Shown here in pieces: positions 8,567 through 16,835 of a stretch of DNA of 64,000 bases (its first letter is position 1; every line of letters begins with the position of its first letter). The position numbers and the translations under genes are program-made. The notes below the pieces were generated by a model. It made no database searches and had not been told where the DNA came from. It saw only the letters and a list, made by a program, of their open reading frames with translations. This DNA comes from Rhodocyclaceae bacterium (GTDB lineage Bacteria; Pseudomonadota; Gammaproteobacteria; Burkholderiales; Rhodocyclaceae). The stretch is taken from assembly GCA_028869135.1 (NCBI GenBank), contig JAGWTC010000005.1:11175-75174 (forward strand), given 5' to 3'.

Positions 8567-9632
8567 CGTACTGCAACAGGCCATTCTCGACAATATTCCC
8601 GACCAAGCCTGGCTCAAGGACGCCGAATCTCGCTATATCCAGGTCAACGACGCTTTCATGACCGCCTGTGGCCTGACGGCCGAGCAAATACTCGGCAAGA
8701 CGCCGAGTGACGTGTGGCCGACCGATTGGGGCGGCCGTTACGTCGATACCGATATGGCTGTGATCGCGAGCGGGCAGCGTATGCGTTACGAAGAGCAGCG
8801 TTTCAGCGCGGCGGGCGAGGTGCGCTGGTTCGATACTATCAAGGCGCCGGTCTTCGACGAGCAGGGCAAGGTGGTCGGAACGGCCGGCATTTCACGCGAG
8901 ATTACCGACCGCAAGCATGCCGAACAGGAGCTGCGAGAGTCTCGGGCGCAGTTGCGCGAACTGTCCGCTTATCTGCAGTCCGTGCGTGAGGAGGAGCGAA
9001 CACGCATCGCTCGCGAACTCCATGATGAACTGGGGCAGACGCTGACAGCGATTCAGCTTGGGCTCGGTGCGCTCGACAACGCAGTCCGTAACGGCGGCGA
9101 TGCTGAGGCTATGCGATCGGGTTTATCCGGCTTGGTGGCTCTTGCCGACAATGCGAGCCGTTCGGTACAGCGCCTGGCAACCGATTTGCGGCCGCCCATT
9201 CTCGACGGATTAGGTTTGGGGGCCGCGCTCGAATGGCAAACTGAAGCCTTTGTCGAGCGTACCGGCATCACTTGCGAACTGGTTCTGCCGCAACCTCCAG
9301 TCCAGCCGGGAGGGGAAATTGAGACTGCCGTGTTTCGGATCATGCAGGAGGCGTTGACCAATGTCGCGCGTCACGCCGAAGCCACGCGCGCCGAGGTAAC
9401 GCTACACTTGGATGGAGACAGACTGATTTTGCGTGTCGTCGACAATGGCAAAGGTATGCTGCTGTCGAGTACCGCGCCCAGGCGTCTGGGCATCGTCGGC
9501 ATGCGTGAACGCGCCTATATGTTGGGCGGCGAGCTGCGGCTGCAGAGCAGCCCGGGACATGGCACGCAAATCGAAGTGTCGCTGCCCTTGCAAAGCGGCG
9601 ACAATACGGGCGAGGAACAGAAGGGAGCGTAG
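8559..9632 (+). CDS. Cytoplasmic PAS-domain sensor histidine kinase (HisKA_3/NarX-LiaS type)
   Basis: PAS-like N-terminal domain. H-box ELHDELGQTLTA. HATPase N- and G-box regions. No TM segment. ATG at 8559 overlaps the photolyase 3' end by 8 nt. Confidence 0.85.
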   Translation: MSNVLQQAILDNIPDQAWLKDAESRYIQVNDAFMTACGLTAEQILGKTPSDVWPTDWGGRYVDTDMAVIASGQRMRYEEQRFSAAGEVRWFDTIKAPVFDEQGKVVGTAGISREITDRKHAEQELRESRAQLRELSAYLQSVREEERTRIARELHDELGQTLTAIQLGLGALDNAVRNGGDAEAMRSGLSGLVALADNASRSVQRLATDLRPPILDGLGLGAALEWQTEAFVERTGITCELVLPQPPVQPGGEIETAVFRIMQEALTNVARHAEATRAEVTLHLDGDRLILRVVDNGKGMLLSSTAPRRLGIVGMRERAYMLGGELRLQSSPGHGTQIEVSLPLQSGDNTGEEQKGA

Positions 9633-9637
9633 CAACG

Positions 9638-10276
9638 ATGATCCGCATACTGGTCGCTGACGACCACGCCATCATTCGCGATGGTCTCAAGCAGATCATT
9701 GCCTTCAACTCCGATATGCAGGTGGTGGGCGAGGCCGGCGACGGCGACGAGGTCCTGCAACAATTACGCAAGACGCCCTGCGACTTGCTGCTGATGGATC
9801 TTTCCATGCCGGGCAAGAGCGGTATTGCCTTGATCCAGCAGCTTAAGGCCTCCTATCCCAAGCTGGTCGTGTTGGTGCTCAGCATGCACCAGGAAAGCCA
9901 GTACGCCGTACAGGCGATACGCGCCGGCGCGTCCGGCTACATCACCAAAAGCATGGCTTCGCAGCAGTTGATCGAGGGTATACGCAAGACGGCGCGCGGC
10001 GGTAATTTCATTTCGGCGGCGGTGGCGGAAAAGCTGGTGCAACAGATTCAGCAGCCGGAAAACCAACTGCCGCACGCTCGCCTGACTTCGCGCGAATTCC
10101 AGATATTCCAGATGCTGGTCGAAGGCCGTAGCGTCAACGAAATTGCCGATGCCCTGTCGCTGAGCAATAAGACCGTGAGTACGCACAAGGCCAATATCCA
10201 GCAAAAGATGGAGATAGAAACGACCGCCGGCCTGGTGCATTACGCCATGAAGCATGGTCTGATCGAGGACAGCTAA
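9638..10276 (+). CDS. NarL/LuxR-family response regulator
   Basis: Receiver domain (ILVADDH, ..DLLLMDLSMPG) plus a C-terminal LuxR HTH (LTSREFQIFQMLVEGRSVNEIADALSLSNKTVSTHK). Confidence 0.9.
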   Translation: MIRILVADDHAIIRDGLKQIIAFNSDMQVVGEAGDGDEVLQQLRKTPCDLLLMDLSMPGKSGIALIQQLKASYPKLVVLVLSMHQESQYAVQAIRAGASGYITKSMASQQLIEGIRKTARGGNFISAAVAEKLVQQIQQPENQLPHARLTSREFQIFQMLVEGRSVNEIADALSLSNKTVSTHKANIQQKMEIETTAGLVHYAMKHGLIEDS

Positions 10277-10283
10277 TCCCGAG

Positions 10284-10327
10284 CTAGGGATTTCCTTAGA
10301 GCAAATTCAGGCAATCCCGATTTCCTC
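10284..10327 (+). promoter_or_regulatory. Palindromic operator copy 1 (CTAGGGATTTCCT-N-TCAGGCAATCCCG, plus an extra GATTTCC half-site)
   Basis: Inverted repeat 57 nt upstream of the GGT-family gene ATG. Matches the reverse complement of 15874..15909 at 25/36 positions, with the outer arms nearly identical. Confidence 0.5.
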
Positions 10328-10376
10328 CGACGGTGGGCTTTACTACAGTGAAGTCAACGCGAAGTAAGGAGGAAGC

Positions 10377-12032
10377 ATGAACACACCGTACGTACATATC
10401 GGCCAGCCGCAGAAGCAAACCCATCCAGCCTGGCCGCGCCCGCGCACCACACGCGCAGTTTGCCGGGCCGAACATGGGATGGTTGCCACCGCCCACTATC
10501 TGGCTTCGGCCGCCGCGCTCGACGTGCTCAAGGAAGGCGGCACCGCTGTCGACGCCGCCATCTGCGCCGCGGCTACGATGAGTGTGGTATTGCCCCACAT
10601 GATAGGCATAGGCGGCGACGCGTTTTGGCTGATTCATGACGTCGAGCGCAAACAAGTGATGTCGCTCAACGGTAGCGGCAATTGCGGCCGTAATATCACC
10701 CTGAACAGTTACAAGGGCATGGACGCGATTCCGCACCGCGGCCCACAAGCGGCGATTACCGTACCCGGCGCCGTTTCGAGCTGGGGTCTGGCGCACGAGC
10801 GCTGCGGCAAGTTGCCGATGGCGCGTCTGCTGGCGCCGGCGATTGAATATGCTCGCCGCGGTGCGCCGGTGACATCGGATACCGCTCAATGGATAGCCGA
10901 CGATGCCGAGGCCTTCCGCGCGGACCCGGGTAGTGCAGGCATCTTCCTGAAAAACGGCCAGCCCTACGCTGCAGGCGAACGTCTGGTGCAAAGTGCGCTC
11001 GGCGACACGCTGGAAAAAATCGCCAAGTACGGCACTCAGCATTTCTATGCCGAGACCGGCAAGTCCATAGCCGCCTATCTCAACAGCCAGGGCGGACTGC
11101 TGACGGCCGAGGACTTCCGCGACTACAAGGCGCGCTGGGTCGCGCCGATCTCGACCCGCTATCGCGACTGCGATGTCTTCCAGGTTCCGCCGCCATCGCA
11201 GGGCATCGCCGGCCTGCTGATCCTGAACTTCCTCAACGGCGTCGACTTTTCCAATGTCGCACCGGACTCGCCCGAGTACTACCACGCGCTCTTGCAGGCG
11301 ATCAAATGGGCCTTCCAGAAGCGCGATCGATATCTCACCGATCCGACCTTCTCGGACATTCCCGTCGAGGCCCTGCTCAAGCAGGAAGTCGCCGATGCCG
11401 AGCGTGCCGCCTGGCTCGCCGACGCCAGCCTCACGCATGAAAACACACCGGGTGGCAGCGACACGACGTTCATCAGCATCGCCGACCAGTACGGCAATGC
11501 GGTGGGCCTGGTGCAAAGCCTCTACTTCGACTTCGGCGCCTGCGTTACCGATCCGGCAAGCGGCGTGCTGATGCAGAACCGCGGCAGCTTCTTCTCGCTC
11601 GATCCCCGGCATCCCAATGTGCTGGCGCCGGGCAAGCAGTCGGCCTCGACGCTGATGTCGGGCATGGTGCTGCGCGACGGCAAGCCGCTGATGGTGTACG
11701 GCACGCAGGGCGGCGAAGTGCAGCCGCAGACCCAGACTTCTGTGATTACCCGCGTTGTCGACTTCGGTCTCGACGTGCAACAGGCCATCGATGCGCCGCG
11801 TGTGCTTTACGGCCGCTCCTGGGGCGACAGCAGCAATAAATTGTTGCTGGAATCCTCGGCGCCTGAAGCAACCTTTGCTGCTTTGCGCCAACTCGGCCAT
11901 CCGGTCGAAGCGGCAACCTGGCCGCATACGCGCATGGGCACGGCGCAGGCGGTGCGTTTCCCGGATACGGAACACCCCTTCTTCGAAGGCGGCGCTGATC
12001 CGCGCGGCGAAGGCGTGGCGCTGGGCTTCTAA
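10377..12032 (+). CDS. Gamma-glutamyltransferase-family (Ntn hydrolase) protein, no signal peptide
   Basis: 551 aa. GGTAVDAA, GIGGD and the autoprocessing/nucleophile region GGSDTTFISI. RBS AAGGAGG. Confidence 0.85.
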   Translation: MNTPYVHIGQPQKQTHPAWPRPRTTRAVCRAEHGMVATAHYLASAAALDVLKEGGTAVDAAICAAATMSVVLPHMIGIGGDAFWLIHDVERKQVMSLNGSGNCGRNITLNSYKGMDAIPHRGPQAAITVPGAVSSWGLAHERCGKLPMARLLAPAIEYARRGAPVTSDTAQWIADDAEAFRADPGSAGIFLKNGQPYAAGERLVQSALGDTLEKIAKYGTQHFYAETGKSIAAYLNSQGGLLTAEDFRDYKARWVAPISTRYRDCDVFQVPPPSQGIAGLLILNFLNGVDFSNVAPDSPEYYHALLQAIKWAFQKRDRYLTDPTFSDIPVEALLKQEVADAERAAWLADASLTHENTPGGSDTTFISIADQYGNAVGLVQSLYFDFGACVTDPASGVLMQNRGSFFSLDPRHPNVLAPGKQSASTLMSGMVLRDGKPLMVYGTQGGEVQPQTQTSVITRVVDFGLDVQQAIDAPRVLYGRSWGDSSNKLLLESSAPEATFAALRQLGHPVEAATWPHTRMGTAQAVRFPDTEHPFFEGGADPRGEGVALGF

Positions 12033-12089
12033 ACACCTTCGGGCCCAACAAAAACAACAAGGGCCTTTGATCAACACCAGAGGAAAACC

Positions 12090-13394
12090 ATGAAACTCGA
12101 TCTGCTCATACGCAACACACGTGTCGACGACGAGCAAGGCATCGTCGATATCGGCATCAAGGACGGCCGCATCGTCGCCATCGCGGCGGGGATAGAAGAT
12201 CCTGCTGCCGAGACGATAGACGCCGAGGGGCGCGTCGCCATTCCCGGCTTCGTCGAACCGCACCTGCACATCGAAAAGGCGCTGCTGCATCGTCGCCTGC
12301 CGGCACGTCTCGGTACCTTGGATGAAGCCATCCGCGTCACCGGCATCCTGAAGAGCAAGCAGGAACGCGACGATGTACTCGATCGTTCGCGTCGCGTGCT
12401 CGACATGGCGGTCAGCAACGGCACTATCGCAGTTCGCGCCCATCCGGATGTGGACCTGATTCAGGGCTTGATCGGTGTCGACACGCTGCTGCAACTGCGC
12501 GAGGAATACAAGAACCTGCTCGACATCCAGATCGTCGCTTTTCCGCAGGAAGGCATCCTCAAATCCGAGGGGACCTACAAGCTGATGGAAGACGCGATGA
12601 ATATGGGCGCGGACGTGGTCGGCGGTTGTCCCTACAACGAGCTCTCGTGGGACGACACCAAGCGCCACATCGACATGGTCTTCGAGATGGCGAAGCGCTA
12701 CGACGCCGACGTCGATATGCATGCCGACTTCTCCGACGATACGACGAATCTGCGCTTTATGTCGGCCGCCTACATCGCCAAGAAGGCGATCGAGACGGGG
12801 TGGCAGAGCCGGGTCTCGTTGGGGCACGTCACCAGCCTGGGCAGCCTCGAAGCGGCTGATCTCGATCCCATCGTCGAAGCGCTTAAACAGGCCGACGTCA
12901 GCATCGTTACCCTTCCGGCGACCGATCTTTACCTCGGCGGCCGCAACGACAAAAGCAAGCCGCGCCGTGGCCTGACGCCGGTGCGCGCGCTGCATCAGGC
13001 CGGCGTGAACGTCGCGTACTCATCCAACAATATCCGCAATGCCTTCACGCCTTTCGGCAAGGCCGACATGCTGCAGATCGGCAATATGCTGGCCCACGTC
13101 GCCCAGTTCGGTACCCCGGAAAACCAGCAGGCGATCCTGAGTATGGGCACTTACAACGCCGCGCGCGCCATCGGCATGGATGACTACGGCCTTGCGGTCG
13201 GCAAGCGCGCCGACATCGTGATCCTGGATACCTATCTAGTCGCTGATGCCTTGCTCGATATCCCGGCGCGGTCGTGGGTCGTCAAGCGCGGCAAGGTCAC
13301 CGTCGTCACTCATCACAAGTGCGAAATCCATCGCAACCCGGGCCAAGGTGGCAGCTGCGGCCCGAATTGCAACCATAGCAACCACGCTCATTGA
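12090..13394 (+). CDS. Amidohydrolase, cytosine-deaminase-like
   Basis: 434 aa. PGFVEPHLHIEKAL (HxH metal motif). Overall CodA/AtzC-like layout. Unusual Cys/His-rich C-terminal tail. Confidence 0.8.
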   Translation: MKLDLLIRNTRVDDEQGIVDIGIKDGRIVAIAAGIEDPAAETIDAEGRVAIPGFVEPHLHIEKALLHRRLPARLGTLDEAIRVTGILKSKQERDDVLDRSRRVLDMAVSNGTIAVRAHPDVDLIQGLIGVDTLLQLREEYKNLLDIQIVAFPQEGILKSEGTYKLMEDAMNMGADVVGGCPYNELSWDDTKRHIDMVFEMAKRYDADVDMHADFSDDTTNLRFMSAAYIAKKAIETGWQSRVSLGHVTSLGSLEAADLDPIVEALKQADVSIVTLPATDLYLGGRNDKSKPRRGLTPVRALHQAGVNVAYSSNNIRNAFTPFGKADMLQIGNMLAHVAQFGTPENQQAILSMGTYNAARAIGMDDYGLAVGKRADIVILDTYLVADALLDIPARSWVVKRGKVTVVTHHKCEIHRNPGQGGSCGPNCNHSNHAH

Positions 13395-13416
13395 GTTTCA
13401 ACCAGAGGAGAGCATC

Positions 13417-13944
13417 ATGAAAAAACCGCCCGCAGAAGTCGTGGCCTCGTTGTTGGCCGTTACGACTCTATTTGTCCCCAATCACCTGCCGCCTTGGGCC
13501 ATCTTTATCAGCTGGGCCGCCGCCTTCGCCATGGGCGGACCGTCACCCGCCAATCTGAAACGCTTGTGGCCGGCCATGCCCGTCGGCTCCATCGCCGGCT
13601 GTCTGGTTGTGCTCGGTTTCACGCATGTGGGTTCCATGTTCAGCGGCAGCCAGCAGACCATCGTCAATATGCTGATCCTGTTCTGTTTGAACGCCGGCAT
13701 GATGGCGGTGTCGCGATTCGTGCCGATCTTCAGCTTTACGCCCGGCATGTTCTTCGGCTTCGCGACTTTCTTCGCCACCATGTTCGGCAACTTCGGCCCA
13801 CAGCCGGGTGATCCTGTTGTGGCAATGCTGGCCGCAATCGTCATGAATGCCATCGGCCCGATCTACGCCTTCATCACCTGGCGCTGCTCGTCCCATGCGG
13901 CGCACCGTATCGAAGCCGAGTTTCCGCACCCGGCTTCGCACTGA
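13417..13944 (+). CDS. Small polytopic membrane protein (DUF1097-like)
   Basis: Last 175 aa of track ORF 13246..13944. RBS GAGGAG 6 nt upstream of the ATG at 13417. 4-5 hydrophobic helices. Confidence 0.7.
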   Translation: MKKPPAEVVASLLAVTTLFVPNHLPPWAIFISWAAAFAMGGPSPANLKRLWPAMPVGSIAGCLVVLGFTHVGSMFSGSQQTIVNMLILFCLNAGMMAVSRFVPIFSFTPGMFFGFATFFATMFGNFGPQPGDPVVAMLAAIVMNAIGPIYAFITWRCSSHAAHRIEAEFPHPASH

Positions 13945-13976
13945 GTTCCTTCCAGCTGCGTCCCTGCAGTACCTCC

Positions 13977-14003
13977 TGCCCGGCAATGCCGGGCAATTTT
14001 TTT
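13977..14003 (+). terminator. Rho-independent terminator
   Basis: TGCCCGGC-aat-GCCGGGCA followed by ATTTTTTT. Confidence 0.6.
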
Positions 14004-14017
14004 GAAATGAGCTGAAT

Positions 14018-14467
14018 ATGTTGGATCACGAATCACGTCTGCGCGAGGCTGTCAGGCTGGCCCAGGAAAATCATCGCCACGGCGGCCGCCCTTTCGGCGC
14101 TGTGTTGGCCTTCGGCGAGCATGTGCTGGCTTCCGGCGTCAATGAAATTCAACGCACTCACGACATCAGCGCGCATGCGGAAATGGGCGCCCTGCGCGAG
14201 GCCTGCAAGCTCTTGCAGCGGCCCAATCTGAGCGGCGGCATCATGTATGCGAGCGGTCAGCCCTGCCCCATGTGTCTGGCGGCCATGGTGTTGGCCGGCA
14301 TCAAGGAGGTGTATTACGCCTTCGGCAACGAGGATGCTGCACCCTATGGTTTCGCCAGCACTCAAGTCTATGAAGCGCTGCATCTGCAACTGCCGGTGGC
14401 TTTACCGCTTAAAAAGATGCAGCTCGACGGCGTATCCGTTGATCAAGTGTATGGGCCGAAAGCCTAG
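14018..14467 (+). CDS. CDA-fold nucleoside/guanine deaminase
   Basis: 149 aa. HAE...PCPMC zinc-binding signature. Confidence 0.85.
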   Translation: MLDHESRLREAVRLAQENHRHGGRPFGAVLAFGEHVLASGVNEIQRTHDISAHAEMGALREACKLLQRPNLSGGIMYASGQPCPMCLAAMVLAGIKEVYYAFGNEDAAPYGFASTQVYEALHLQLPVALPLKKMQLDGVSVDQVYGPKA

Positions 14468-14490
14468 GTGGCTCTTCATCCGGAACGAAT

Positions 14491-14522
14491 AAAAAAGCCC
14501 CGGTTTGCGCCGGGGCTTTTCT
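14491..14522. terminator. Bidirectional terminator between the convergent deaminase and porin genes
   Basis: AAAAAA-GCCCCGG-tttgcg-CCGGGGC-TTTTCTT. Confidence 0.75.
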
Positions 14523-14536
14523 TGAGTGCAATTGCT

Positions 14537-15799
14537 TTAGAAGTTGTACTGAAGCATCAGGCGGTTCTGCAGAAAGTTATTGCTGTTGTTTTCCATCGTG
14601 GCGTAACCCAGCATATTCGTGATCTGCAAGCCTTTGACTGCGGCGGGGGTATAGGTCACGCTCAGTACGTATTCGTCGATCGTCTCAGCAGGGCTTCCAT
14701 CCGCCGTTTGATTGAAGCGGTTGTAGCTGGCCCAGGTAGACCACGATTCATTGAAGGTGTGGCTGCCGGACAGTTGATAGGCGTCACCGCTACCCAGCCC
14801 TTCGGTGGGGAATAGCATATTGGCGGTGAAGAGAGAGGCCGACCCGTAGCCGTCGGTATAGGGTGAGGCCATACCGCCGTTGTTGAACGCGCCCTGGTGC
14901 GACGGAATGTGGACCACTGCCGCGGTGACATTGCTCTGGCCGAAATCCGCGCCAAACTTGAAGCCGTAAGGCGTGCTGTCCACGGCACCCAGAATGGCGC
15001 TACCCGTTTCCTTTTGATGGGCGTACTGGAATCCCACAAAAGGTTTGAAGTCCTCGCTTACGGGGAAAGCGAGTTTTTCGTCCAGGAAGATCAAGTTGGC
15101 GACATTGATGAAGTTGTAATACCAGAGCTGGCTGGTCAATTGGGCGCCGCGCACATCCGTCAAGGCATGTGCGCCTGCGTACCAGAAACCGCTGCTGGTA
15201 AGACCGTCTAGCCCGGGCTTTTTGAAGGGGCCGTCGGTTTCATTGTTGGTCATGCCGAAGCTCGAACTTGTCCAGCTCTTGTAATGCGTGATGCGCCCCG
15301 CTGTGAAGCCGTAGCTTTTCGTCGGGTTGTAGTCTGCCGTAACGCCTTGGTATAGCGCCGGCACCATGCGATAGTCGGCGCTGTTGGCGAACGGGGTCTC
15401 GATGACCTGACGCCCGGCGCGCAGATTGAAGCCTTCGTTGCGGTAGTTGAGATAGGCCTCGCCCAGCGTATCGATGTCCGTGCCCAGCGTCGGATCGTAG
15501 TTCATCGAGGTGTCCGAGGTGGACTGCGGCGTATGCGCGGTATAGAACGCCGCAGCGACTGAGAAGTGATTCACCTCGCCGCTTTCCGCCTTCAGCTTGC
15601 CGCCAAGAACGAAGGTGTCGTTGTCGACGGGGCTGTTGTAGAAATTCCGATTGCTAAACTCATAGGCGCGTACATAGCCGCTGACTTTGCCGTCGCTGAT
15701 GAAGCTGCTGGTATTGTTGTCTTCCGCCTTGGCTTGTGCGCTAAATGCGCCAAGTATGGCTGTCGCCAATAGGGCTGGGCGGTGATGCCTTATGTTCAT
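14537..15799 (-). CDS. OprD-family outer-membrane porin
   Basis: 420 aa. Signal peptide ending AQAKA. Alternating beta-strand pattern. C-terminal ...LMLQYNF. Confidence 0.8.
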   Translation of the reverse strand: MNIRHHRPALLATAILGAFSAQAKAEDNNTSSFISDGKVSGYVRAYEFSNRNFYNSPVDNDTFVLGGKLKAESGEVNHFSVAAAFYTAHTPQSTSDTSMNYDPTLGTDIDTLGEAYLNYRNEGFNLRAGRQVIETPFANSADYRMVPALYQGVTADYNPTKSYGFTAGRITHYKSWTSSSFGMTNNETDGPFKKPGLDGLTSSGFWYAGAHALTDVRGAQLTSQLWYYNFINVANLIFLDEKLAFPVSEDFKPFVGFQYAHQKETGSAILGAVDSTPYGFKFGADFGQSNVTAAVVHIPSHQGAFNNGGMASPYTDGYGSASLFTANMLFPTEGLGSGDAYQLSGSHTFNESWSTWASYNRFNQTADGSPAETIDEYVLSVTYTPAAVKGLQITNMLGYATMENNSNNFLQNRLMLQYNF

Positions 15800-15873
15800 G
15801 CATGAGCTCCTCTGTTATGTATGGAATGCGCTGTGGCCTTCCAAGCATGAACATCGGAGCCTGCAAAAAATAT

Positions 15874-15909
15874 CGGGATTTCCTGATTCGAAGCTCAGGA
15901 ATCCCCTAG
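15874..15909 (-). promoter_or_regulatory. Palindromic operator copy 2 (GGGATTTCCTGA-N8-TCAGGAATCCCC)
   Basis: Near-perfect 12-nt inverted repeat 74 nt upstream of the porin ATG. Same motif as 10284..10319. Confidence 0.5.
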
Positions 15910-15934
15910 TTACATCATTCAGCCGGGAGCAAGA

Positions 15935-16828
15935 CTAGAAGCTTTCGTCTTCGCGCAGGAAGCGCCACTGGCCCAAGGGCAAATCGCCGAGTTTGACGTT
16001 GCCGATGCGCACGCGTTTCAAGCCCACGACCTTGAGGCCGACCAGTTCGCACATGCGACGGATCTGGCGCTTGCGGCCTTCCTTGAGCACGAAGTGGAGC
16101 TGATCGTCGTTGATCCAGTTCACCTTGGCCGGGCGCAGCTTGACGCCGTCGAGGCTGAGACCATGGTTCAACAGACGGATGCCTTCGGTCGATAGTTCGC
16201 CTTCGACGCGGACCAGATATTCCTTCTCTACATCCGAATCTTCGCCGATCAGCTTTCTCGCGATCACGCCGTCCTGGGTCAATACCAGCAGCCCGGTCGA
16301 GTCGATGTCGAGACGGCCGGCGGGCGCGAGGCCGCGCAGATTGGAGGGGTGAAAGACCTGTGCGCCGGACTTGCGCTGCTGCGTTTCGGCCTTGACCAGC
16401 GTTACTGCCGGCTTGTAGCCATCCTCGGCCTGGCCCGAGACGAAGCCGATGGGCTTGTGCAGGATGATGGTGACGCGCGCATCCTGCTGCGCCTGCGCCA
16501 ACTGGTCGAGGCGAATCTCGGCGGAAGGGTCGACCTTGGTGCCGAGCTCGGACACGCGCTCGCCATTCACGAAGACGAGGCCGCGCTCGATATAGCTGTC
16601 GGCCTCGCGGCGCGAGCACAGTCCGCGCTCGGCCATGAGCTTGGAGACGCGCACCAGACCGTCATCCGTTTTCGGGGCGGACGGGTCATTGATCAGGCGT
16701 TGCGGACGAGCGCGATCGTAGCGGCCATGCGTGCGCTCCGCCGTCTTGCCGGCGGGCTTCGCTGCTCGGGGTTCGGCCTTGGCCGGTCGCGGCGCGATGC
16801 GCAGCGTGTGTTTCTTTTCTTCAGTCAT
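15935..16828 (-). CDS. rRNA pseudouridine synthase (RsuA/RluB/RluF family) with a basic N-terminal tail and S4 domain
   Basis: S4 motif [19 protein letters not shown]. Catalytic [14 protein letters not shown]. Start trimmed to MTEEKK (ATG at 16828). Confidence 0.85.
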   Translation of the reverse strand: MTEEKKHTLRIAPRPAKAEPRAAKPAGKTAERTHGRYDRARPQRLINDPSAPKTDDGLVRVSKLMAERGLCSRREADSYIERGLVFVNGERVSELGTKVDPSAEIRLDQLAQAQQDARVTIILHKPIGFVSGQAEDGYKPAVTLVKAETQQRKSGAQVFHPSNLRGLAPAGRLDIDSTGLLVLTQDGVIARKLIGEDSDVEKEYLVRVEGELSTEGIRLLNHGLSLDGVKLRPAKVNWINDDQLHFVLKEGRKRQIRRMCELVGLKVVGLKRVRIGNVKLGDLPLGQWRFLREDESF

Positions 16829-16835
16829 ACTGTGT

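Noticed and set aside
8559-8930. LOV (blue-light) domain in the PAS kinase next to photolyase
   Set aside because: The flavin-adduct motif (NCRFLQ-like, with the conserved Cys) is absent from the PAS segment.
10296-12995. 899-aa ORF on the minus strand
   Set aside because: It is antisense to two well-supported plus-strand genes (GGT-family, amidohydrolase). It is Arg/Ala/Gly-rich with no motifs, a typical high-GC shadow ORF.
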